Shown here in pieces: positions 1-8,782 of a stretch of 12,304 nucleotides of DNA. Position 1 is the stretch's first letter; each line of letters opens with the position of its first letter. Position numbers and translations under genes: made by a program. The notes below the pieces were generated by a model, which did not search any database, was not told the DNA's origin, and saw nothing but the letters and a program-made list of their open reading frames with translations. Origin of the DNA: Zygophlyctis sp. KS116 (taxonomy: Eukaryota; Fungi; Chytridiomycota); NCBI GenBank assembly GCA_054661495.1, contig BAAFSQ010000292.1, forward strand, positions 1 through 12,304, given 5' to 3'.

Positions 1-990
1 AAACACCTAAAAAGAATCAGACTAATATAACATAAACAGAAACCATATTCAAATCCAACACCATTGTTAACACATCAAGAAAGAAATCCAATAAGACTTC
101 GGACATACTTAGGTCCTCGATCAAATTTGCATGAAAGTAACTTGCCACGCAACAACAAAATCAAGAAAACTTATACTAATTCAGGTAAAACTAAACAAAC
201 TGATCAACCAAACACAAATGTTTCATCACCATCAACAAGCTACAAAAGACAATGTGAACAGGATAATCCAAAAGAATTAGATCACATCAAGAAGATTAGA
301 TTGAAATTAAGAATGCCCCAAATAATCATTAAATTCAAAATTCCTCCGGATCTAAATCATAGAATTGTAAATGGGAAGGATCCAACGCCTGCTATAGATT
401 CTATGGTGAGGGCAAAGGGTGATGGGGGTGGGGGAAGTCCGAATCTTGTAGATTGTGGGACTGGATAAAGATTTAAATCTTAGAAAAGGCAATTCGACAC
501 TTATTTTAGCAAAGCTAAAAGTCTCAGAAAGTGGAATCAAAAAATCATTTCTCTCATTTTATTGGAGAATATCTTCCTTCATTGGAAATACTTAAATTGT
601 ATCTTTGACTTTTGCCATTGGATTGCTATATCTCAATCAAAGGATTATAGAAAATACAGTTAAAGTAGATTCTTTCGATATTGAAATTGCCTAATAAAGA
701 TAATAAAAAAAAATTCAAACTATCAAAGTGTTTCTACTTTATAGTATAACCCCGTGATTATTAGCGGGCCTACTGAATCTATGACTGCACCTAAACCGAC
801 AATTTTGATGCTACACAGTCAAATTATGATCAAATTGAAATTGAACTAAGTACGAAATGAGTTGGATTTACTGAGTAATGATGATAAAGAGATTGATGAA
901 GAAGAGGTTTTGAGAGACATTCTGAATTTTGAAAGGTTATTTGAATGTCCGAATTTATTATTGAGAAGAAGAAATGCATTTTTTTGGAGT
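1..990 (+). pseudogene. Possible degenerate coding sequence or transposon relic of unknown family
   Basis: Protein-like stretches on the + strand (31-468; ~452-608; ~850-990 NELDLLSNDDKEIDEEEVLRDILNFERLF) are broken by stops and frame changes that I could not resolve with tiny GT-AG introns. No recognisable domain. Confidence 0.25.
410..434 (+). other. Canonical G-quadruplex-forming motif
   Basis: GGG-CAAA-GGG-TGAT-GGGGG-T-GGGGG fits the G3+N1-7 x4 pattern. Confidence 0.45.
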
Positions 991-995
991 GGAGA

Positions 996-1010
996 ACGCG
1001 AAACGCGAAA
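996..1010 (+). promoter_or_regulatory. Tandem ACGCGAAA x2 (SCB/MCB/E2F-like element) just upstream of the GDI start
   Basis: The sequence ACGCGAAACGCGAAA ends 13 nt before the ATG at 1024. It matches SCB (CRCGAAA), and the reverse strand reads TTTCGCG (E2F-like). It is CpG-dense in an AT-rich background. Confidence 0.4.
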
Positions 1011-1023
1011 ACGGCAAAGAAAA

Positions 1024-2506
1024 ATGGAAAGTTTGATTTTGTTAATTTAATAGGATGAAGTATATGATGTGATAGTTTTGGGTACTGGACTAACTGAATG
1101 TATTCTATCTGGGCTCCTTTCAGTGGATGGGAAGAAGGTGCTTCATATGGATAGAAATGATTATTACGGAGGTGAAAGCGCATCGCTCAACTTAACTCAA
1201 GTAATTAATCCAAAACTAAAATAAGATGTATCGTAAATTTAGAGAGGGAATGTCACCACCCGCTCAATTTGGAAAAGATAGGGACTATAATATTGATTTA
1301 ATTCCTAAATTCTCAATGGCATCAGGGGAATTTGTTAATATTTTGTATCATACAGACGTTACTAGATACTTGGAATTTAGACAAATTGCTGGGTCTTTTG
1401 TTTATCGGGATGGTAGAATTTCTAAAGTACCGAGGTATTTTATCAAAAGTATAATGTAAAGTAATGAGACTGAGGCTTTAATGTCACCTTTGCTAGGAAT
1501 GTTTGAAAAAATTAGAGCTAGAAGCTTCTTTTCATTTATTGGAAGTTATGATTTTAATGATCCTAAAACTCAACAAGGACTAGATTTGAATACTGTTACA
1601 ATGGCACAAGTCTACAAGTATTTTAATCTAGAGTCTGGAACTCAGGATTTTATTGGTCATGCACTTGCTTTGCATTTAGATGATTCTTATATGACTAGAC
1701 CTGCTAAAGAAACTTATGATAGAATCATTCTCTCGGTAAACTCTTTAGCAAGATACGGTAAAAGTCCTTATATATATCCTCTTTATGGATTAGGTGAATT
1801 ACCTCAAGGATTTGCACGGTAATATTTTTAGAATTTATAAATAGATTGAGTGCCATTTATGGTGGAACTTATATGTTGAGTAAACCAATTGAAGAAGTTA
1901 TAATGAATGATGGAAAGTTTGTAGGAGTTCGAAGTGAAGGAGAAGTAATTTTTAGTTTTTTGATTTTTAGGTAGTTAAAGGAAAACTAGTGATTGGAGAT
2001 CCTTCATACTTTACAGATAATGTTAAGAAAACTGGTCAAGTAGTTCGTATAATTTGCTTACTAAATCATTCTGTTCCTAATACGGGAGATGCAGATTCTG
2101 TTCAGTTAATTATACCTCAGAATCAAGTCAAAAGACAACATGATATATATATCGCTGCTATTTCATCTGCACATAATGTTTGTGCTAAAGGCTATTTTAT
2201 AGCAATTGTATCAACAATAGTTGAAACTTCAAATCCTGAAAAAGAATGTGAACCTGGACTTGCTCTACTTGGAACTATTTCTGAAAGGTATTAAATTTAT
2301 TTAAAAGAAATAGATTTGTCTCGGTGTCCGATATTTACGAGCCTAAATCAGATGGAAAGTCTGATCAAATTTTTATCTCAAAATCTTATGATGCAACTTC
2401 TCATTTTGAAACTGTTTGTTCAGATGTCAAGGATATATATCAAAGAGTCACTGGATCAGAGCTCAAAGTAGAAGGAAAAGTGAAAAAAGGAGTTGAAGAA
2501 GAGTAG
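1024..2506 (+). CDS. GDI1: Rab GDP-dissociation inhibitor, 7 exons: 1024-1026, 1054-1200, 1226-1434, 1462-1818, 1845-1944, 1971-2287, 2314-2506 (~441 aa)
   Basis: The spliced translation reads [48 protein letters not shown]...YNIDLIPKF...[32 protein letters not shown]...SYDATSHFE, all classic Rab GDI motifs. GT-AG introns at 1201-1225, 1435-1461, 1819-1844, 1945-1970 and 2288-2313 restore the frame. The first intron (1027-1053) has a GA donor, so the start is less certain than the gene identity. Confidence 0.96.
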
Positions 2507-2519
2507 GTTTTTCTTGCAA

Positions 2520-3913
2520 ATGCAACGACGGTCTAGCGTTCGCCTGGGCAATTCTAGTCCTTTAATAAAAACCCCGGTGAAGCATTCAAAGAAGAAGACA
2601 TTTATCCATCAGACAAGTCCATTAGACTTTGAAACACTGAGAACGAATCCAATGCGAGGCTTCTTTACTTGTTTTTGGGTTGGAATGTCTATCGTATTTG
2701 TCCTGACTCTATTCAATAATTATAAACAGCATGGATACTTTTTGGGACTTAAATTGGCAAATGTATTTACCAAGGACATTTTGTCGCTGATAAAGTACGA
2801 TGCGATCATGATATTGTCTACGTTTATTGTTGTTCCATTTCAAAAGATCTTGGCTTTCGGACTATTTTCACCACTGAATGGAACTATAATTCAGGTAATT
2901 GAATCATCCTTAATAACAGCATTTCTGGCAGATGAGTTGGTTTTATTACTGGGTTTCTTGGGTTTATTATAAGGACTGGCCTTGGATTCAAGCAGGTTCT
3001 TTTGTCTTGCATTGTATTTCTTTGCTGATGAAGCAACATTCTTTTTGTTCTAGTAATAATGAATTACTGGGAAAAAAGCAATATCTCTCTCAGACTTTAG
3101 ATCAGTCCGAATCAGCTGAAGTAGAGAGTTTAAAAAAGGATCTTGGAAACTATCCCAATAATCTTACATCTTGGAATTACTGGGATTTTTTACTCATACC
3201 TACGTTTGTTTATCAATTAGAATATCCAAGAAATGATCGGTTCAGACTTGGATATTTTTTATTCAAATTGGCTGCTTTAGCGTCTACCTTTTCTCTACTT
3301 TATCTTCTTACAGAGCATTATATACACCCTGTGATGGATAAAATGCCTTTTGAAACTGCATATGAAAGTTTATTACAATTAGCCATGCCTTTTTGTTGTG
3401 GTTATCTCTTGATATTTTTTATAATCTTTGAATGCGTTACAAATCTTTTTGCTGAAATTACTCTGTATGTTTATTATTTTAATTTCAAGATTTGCTGACC
3501 GTGGTTTTTATGATGACTGGTGGAATTCTGAAAATTATGATGAATTTGCTCGAAAGTGGAATAAACCTGTTCATGAGTTTCTCATGAGACATGTATATTT
3601 GGAGTCTATATCTACTTACAAGTTGTCAAAGCAAAATGCAACGCTTTTGACTTTTTTCTTGTCTTCATTAATTCATGAATTGGTTTTTGTAGTAATAGTT
3701 CGACGTGTGTCTTTATACATGATGGCATTTCAAATGTTACAGTTGCCTCTTATTTATCTAGGAAGGATGATTGCTGTTAAAAAATATCCTTGGGTTGGAA
3801 ATGCAATGTTTTGGATTGGAATGTATATTGTAATTTTTGTAAACTTTATAAAATAGGGACCTCCATTGATCAATTATCTGTACGCAAGAGATCTCATGGG
3901 GTTGACAATATAA
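2520..3913 (+). CDS. Sterol O-acyltransferase (ACAT/ARE1-ARE2 family, MBOAT), 4 exons: 2520-2894, 2920-3464, 3490-3829, 3857-3913 (~438 aa)
   Basis: Contains the ACAT/DGAT1-type motifs PTFVYQLEYPR, FADRGFYDDWWN, FARKWNKPVHEFL and the catalytic His in SSLIHEL, plus many hydrophobic helices. Introns at 2895-2919, 3465-3489 and 3830-3856 (all GT-AG) join three ORF-track fragments. Confidence 0.9.
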
Positions 3914-3944
3914 TTTGAAATTATTATTAGTGCAAATAATAAAA

Positions 3945-5237
3945 TCAAAAATAATACATCTCCCATGCGCATCTTTCTTCTTCTGATTCAAATGAAGGAC
4001 ACCATTTTTGCTTAATTATCTCTTGGTACCCTTCATCAACACTTGGCTCTTCATATTTTGAAAAGAAAACATTTGCTGCTATACTTGGTGTTCGCCTTTC
4101 ATCTCTATGGAACACTCTATAAAAATTATTATGTCTACATATCTCTCTAGGCACTTCAAATACTACACATCTGACTGGAACATTGCGTTCTCTTGCCAAT
4201 TGAACATAACCTTTTCTTGATTTCAAATCTGGATTTGTATTATCAATGACTACAGACTGCCCACGATCCAATGCTTCGGATGCTTTTTTCATACACGCAG
4301 CTCTACTTTTTAACGTATCTTGATTTATATGAACGTAATCTTTCAAATAATTACGATAAAAAAACGTTTTCCCAGCAGCCGGAGGTCCAACAAATAGAAC
4401 CAATTCTTGAGAATTTGAACTATTCCAGTTTATTTCGTAGTCAATTTCTTCAAGATCATTCTTTGGATGTTTTGGCAAGGGAACATTAGGAAGAGACGCC
4501 ACTGATAAATTTAGCAGAGGATCCTTTTCCCCTTTAAAAACATTTTCATGAAAGATTTGTTCAGGAACAAAAAATCTCATATTTGCATTTAGAGCAAACT
4601 TGTGATCTGTATCTGCAAAATCTACAAGATTAACGATTGTTACCTTTAATACCTTGTTTACTAAATCCCTTCATCCACTCATACGGTCTTCCTGCCGCAT
4701 CACCACAATAAAAACAATCTTGAATCTGACTATCCTGATCTGTCCATTTCTTCAAAACAACCTGCCACATTCCTTTCCTAGGCTTTCTAGAAAATTAGCC
4801 AATACTAAAAATAAAAACCTGTAAATATCATCAGTCGCCGCTGCCAAAATCCTAATAGGAATTTTCAAACCAGTTTCATTTTCTAATGATTCTATAATGT
4901 GTGCAATTCTCGACTGAAATATAGATTTTCTCCTTTTTGAATTCTTGTTTGAATCTAAAATTCCTTTTTGATTTGATAATATAATTATTTGATACCCAGT
5001 CTTGTATAAACTGCCAAGTACATGAGGAACAATCGGATGCACCCATTTCCAATCATCGTCATGCTTTGGATACACATAATTCCCCAAATTTCCACATAAT
5101 GTTCCATCAAAGTCAAATGCAGCAATTTTACTACAAGGCAAAGCTTCCCTCCAACTTCCCATGAGACAAGAATCATGCATGACCCATTCTACAGCCTCCA
5201 AACTCTTTCTCTTTCTCGAATTATCGTCCAAACTCAT
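3945..5237 (-). CDS. PNKP: Bifunctional polynucleotide 5'-kinase/3'-phosphatase (PNKP/Pnk1), 3 exons: 5237-4819, 4786-4653, 4621-3945 (~409 aa), no FHA domain
   Basis: HAD phosphatase motifs AAFDFDGTL, ILSNQKG, YRKPRKGMW, FYCGDAAGR and DTDHKFA, followed by the kinase P-loop GPPAAGKT, HINQDTL and VVIDNTNP. Introns at 4787-4818 and 4622-4652; an alternative in-frame donor would give 4622-4643. Confidence 0.93.
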
Positions 5238-5270
5238 CCGTCGGTGTGAAGTCCAGGGCGTAAGTTCAGG
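5238..5270. promoter_or_regulatory. 33-nt GC-rich divergent spacer (putative bidirectional promoter) between PNKP and the NAK kinase
   Basis: Head-to-head start codons at 5237 (-) and 5271 (+); the spacer is CCGTCGGTGTGAAGTCCAGGGCGTAAGTTCAGG. Confidence 0.5.
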
Positions 5271-6225
5271 ATGGACGCAATCGCCTCTTGTTTTGGATTG
5301 ATTCTGGACTATATTTACCAATTCTCAAACAGTCATGAGACATTAATAATAAATGGGCGTCATTTTAAAATCATTCGGCATCTTGCAGAAGGTGGATTTG
5401 GATTTGTCATGTTGGTCAAGGAGAAGAATGACTATGGGGAACCGTTGGCGCTTAAAAGAATTAGAATTCAATTGCCTGAGCATAAAGTTCGTGCACAGGA
5501 TGAAATTGCTGCACACAAGGCTGTTAATAGCCCAAATGTTTTAAAATTGTTGGAATCGGATTTTGTAACTTGTAATGGAACGGTCACTGATGCATTATTG
5601 TTGCTTCCTTTTTGTAGAAATGGTACGATACAGGACTGGATTGATAGGTTATTGCCGGATGAATTTATTCCATTAAATCATGTCTTGAAATTATCAATGG
5701 GAATTATAAAAGGTTTAGAAGCATTTCATTCTTTAGAGCCTTCTCTGGCATTTAGAGATTTAAAGCCTGCAAATGTCCTGATTGGAAATAATAATGAAGC
5801 TATTTTGATGGATTTGGGTTCTGTGACAAATGCACGGATAACTTTGGAGTCTAGAAAGGATGCATTGGCTTTATATGATTTTTGTGCAGAGACTGTTACA
5901 GCTCCTTTTAGGCCTCCAGAATTGTATGATCCTCCTTCATTCGGACAAGTGGATGAATCATCGGATATTTGGTATTTTTATGAATCCTTTATTATTTAGG
6001 TCTTTAGGATGCACAATGTATGCAATGGCATTTAAGCAGTCACCATTCGATGGAACATTAACGGCTGTAGTAAGTGGAACTTTGGATTTTCCAAAAAGTA
6101 GTCATCCTTATCCTAAAAGGTTCCTCGAGATTCTTTCACTGATTATACAAGTTAATCCTCAAAATAGACCTTCACTGTCTCAGATTAAAGAATGGATTCA
6201 ATTGATAATTATGGACAATTTCTAA
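5271..6225 (+). CDS. NAK-family Ser/Thr kinase, STK16/Env7-like, 2 exons: 5271-5971, 6000-6225 (~308 aa)
   Basis: Motifs LAEGGFGFV, ALKRI, FRDLKPANVL, MDLGS (DLG is typical of STK16), FRPPEL and SDIW|SLGC. A 28-nt GT-AG intron at 5972-5999 splits the Trp codon. Confidence 0.88.
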
Positions 6226-6259
6226 GTGGTCAAAATCTTTAGCCGATTAGGCATTTAAA

Positions 6260-6940
6260 TTATAAGGAAAATACTTTGTTAATAAAAGCAATTGATCGAT
6301 CCATGGCCAGTTTAGCTGCTTCAGGATTGTACACTTCTGGTCTTGATTCGTTCATGAATGCATGATCAGCATCAGGATAACGATTAATTTCAAAGACCTG
6401 ATTATTTTGCTCTTTTAAATAATCTTCCAAAGTATTTACTGATTTTACATCGGAAAACCCAGTATGATTATCTCTTTCTCCAAAATGGCATTGCAGCGGA
6501 CATTTAATATCCTCAACCTGGGCAAAATCTCTTCCTGGGATACCATAAAAGCAAACAGCGGCATCAATTCCACAGACTTTGACAGCCGAAGCAATTGAAA
6601 GTGCACCACCCATACAAAATCCCAATACAGCTACTTTTTCACAACCACCTTCTTTAAGATAATCTGTGGCACTTTGAATGTCTTTTACTGCCCCATTCCA
6701 ATCCATATTTGACATTAGATGATTTGCTTCATCGGCTATCGCTGTTTGCTTCCCATGATAAAGATCTGGAGCAACAGCCTTGAAATTTCCAGTCACAGAT
6801 ATTCTCTCAGTGATAGCCTTGATTTGATCATTTAGTCCCCACCATTCTTGAATAACAACTATCCCAAATTTAGAGCTGTTTCCTGTCACAAAAAGAGGAA
6901 GAGAATTCTTGAGCATTACCATAGAAGAGGTCCCAGCCAT
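6260..6940 (-). CDS. Dienelactone hydrolase family protein (carboxymethylenebutenolidase-like), intronless, 226 aa
   Basis: Motifs IQEWWGLN, APDLYHG, nucleophile motif GFCMGG, FYG, HFGERD and YPDADHAFMN; the Cys-Asp-His triad is present. Confidence 0.92.
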   Translation of the reverse strand: MAGTSSMVMLKNSLPLFVTGNSSKFGIVVIQEWWGLNDQIKAITERISVTGNFKAVAPDLYHGKQTAIADEANHLMSNMDWNGAVKDIQSATDYLKEGGCEKVAVLGFCMGGALSIASAVKVCGIDAAVCFYGIPGRDFAQVEDIKCPLQCHFGERDNHTGFSDVKSVNTLEDYLKEQNNQVFEINRYPDADHAFMNESRPEVYNPEAAKLAMDRSIAFINKVFSL

Positions 6941-7050
6941 CCTTTTTATATTCTATTTGAGTTTGACACCGTCATTATACCTTGCACCATACACTCCACG
7001 ATACAATCGTACTATATTTATAGAAAGGACTATGATATATCTTTTTTATA

Positions 7051-8593
7051 TTAGTCAACATTTTTTGTTTCTGCGTCCAATAATGCATCACACACGAATT
7101 TTTGGGTCCAAATAGGTTCATTTACTCTTAGAAATAACAGCATTTCCAAGTTCATTGGTAGAATATTTTGTCGTTCGGGAGTATACACATATTTAGAAAT
7201 AGAAAATAAACGTTCCACACAATTAGAAGTGGGCACCAAGAAATTTAAATCAATGTAATCTTCCATAACTTTCCGTTTCTTAAATTCTTGATCATCGGCC
7301 CTTCTTAAAAATTCATTTATAGCATTTTCGTCATCATAAAGTTTATCACCCACATCATCCATCTTGACTTTTAAAGCTTCCACGCATCTTCTTTCTGCAT
7401 ATGATAAACTACAAGTATCTCCTTTTTGAATTTTAATTACAGCGTTGGTAAAGTTGGGTGTGTGAACAATGTCTGCATCTGGAGAAAGATAGACATACAA
7501 TTCTGGAAATATTTTTACAAGAACATCAAAACAATCACGGGCATTTGCTAAATTGATATTATCTCTTTGTAAATACTTCATCATAAAATTAATTTGTTCC
7601 AGCAGGAATAGCAAACATCTGATTACCAAATTTTCAGCATATGTTGGCAACTTTTGACAGAGGTTCTCGTCTTTGATATCTTTTAAATATGGTAACAAAC
7701 GACTGTATCTTGAAAGCATATCAAATGTACACGTCCATCTTGTATCAGTCTTTTTAATCGCTTTTAAATTATGATTATTTCTTAACTGGACAGTGTGTTT
7801 AGAGGTTTGTAACACTCTCATTAGCTCTGCCACCTTTTCAATTATTTCTTTTACTCCATCACTTTCTAGCATAGCATTTTTGACAGCAAGATTTAAGATG
7901 TAACTAAAGCAGCCGATTAATGGTACATTACAAGATGTAGCCAATTCTTTGTTGGAAATGCAATTTTCACCAATAAATGCGCAAACATTCTTCAGAGATT
8001 TTCTATAAGTAGATAATGTTGATAATATAAACGCTTTGTGTGTATCCATACTTTGACTGGTCTCATCTTCCATTTGAGACGTGGCTAAAAGTAATACTTT
8101 CCTGACTTGTTTTTCCATAAATGTAACAAAAACTCCAACAAAATATGTATCCCCACAAGACCATCCATCAAATGTAAGAGCAAACTTATCTGGAAGAAAT
8201 GTTGTAATCTGTTCCCTAACTTTTTTGGTCACGACCGATATAGCACTTTTGAGGTCTTTAGAGGATATGGCCTTAAGGGAACTATTTCTTCTATTTTCTT
8301 CTACATCCACAAAAGAAAAACTTAGATTTTGGCAAACAACTTGATGAATCCAGCGGTACATGTTAATGCCTAAATTTGAATACGAGTACCATACATTTAA
8401 AACAATCCAAAGTTCCACCGTCAGATACATTTTCAACTTGAGCTTCCCAATCACTATGATTTTCGTTTAGATGTGACAATAAGATGGCCCAGCTGTTATT
8501 GCTTTTCTTTAAATGAGTATCCGGACAAACCAGGCACTTGTAGCTGTTTTGGTTTTGCTGCTTAAAATAGATTTCGACATATTTTGGTGGCAT
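7051..8593 (-). mobile_element. hAT-superfamily transposase-like gene with an N-terminal BED zinc finger, 2 exons: 8593-8395, 8369-7051 (~505 aa); catalytic motifs altered, no TIRs seen
   Basis: BED-like CLVC...SHLNENH, then hAT core motifs FDGWS, GENC (usually GDNC), GCFSYILNLAV (usually GCxxHxLNL), TRW, and C-terminal PTSNCVERLFS plus LEMLLFLRVN. A 25-nt GTATG...TTTAG intron at 8370-8394 joins the two ORF-track pieces in frame. Confidence 0.88.
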
Positions 8594-8782
8594 TTTATAT
8601 TTTATTTTCAGATGAAAGAATTACAAGATATTGTCTTTTGCCAAGATGAAGATATTTTAAGGTTATCAATTTCCGGAACACACCCGACCTGGATTCGGAC
8701 AAGATATTTGGAGAGATTCTTTCATTTAAAATTCAACTAATCCTCAATATAGACTTTTACTCTCTCAAATTTAAGAATGAAT

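Noticed and set aside
1048-1053. Stop-codon reassignment (TAA/TAG read as sense) to explain the in-frame stops at the GDI 5' end and the fragmented ORFs
   Set aside because: Reconstructed exons contain no internal stops, and TAA, TAG and TGA all terminate genes at the expected C-termini. Introns explain every break in the recognised genes.
830-1183. Minus-strand ORF (117 aa) as a divergent gene
   Set aside because: It is largely antisense to GDI exon 2, has no recognisable motif, and I could not extend it with plausible introns.
2493-2519. Acyltransferase ORF overlapping the GDI stop, or a GDI-acyltransferase fusion via a cryptic intron
   Set aside because: The ORF-track start is TTG. GDI is already full length at the TAG (2506), and nothing in the sequence supports a fusion.
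5238-5321. Overlap of the PNKP ORF with the kinase CDS shown in the ORF track
   Set aside because: The extension depends on a TTG start. The first ATG at 5237 gives a normal PNKP N-terminus.
6941-7050. Terminal inverted repeat and 8-bp target-site duplication for the hAT element
   Set aside because: Comparison by eye with the reverse complement of 8594-8782 gave only short AT-rich partial matches (e.g. TCTATTTGAG vs TCTATATTGAG). The ACGAT-ACA-ATCGT hairpin at 6998-7010 has only a 5-bp stem.
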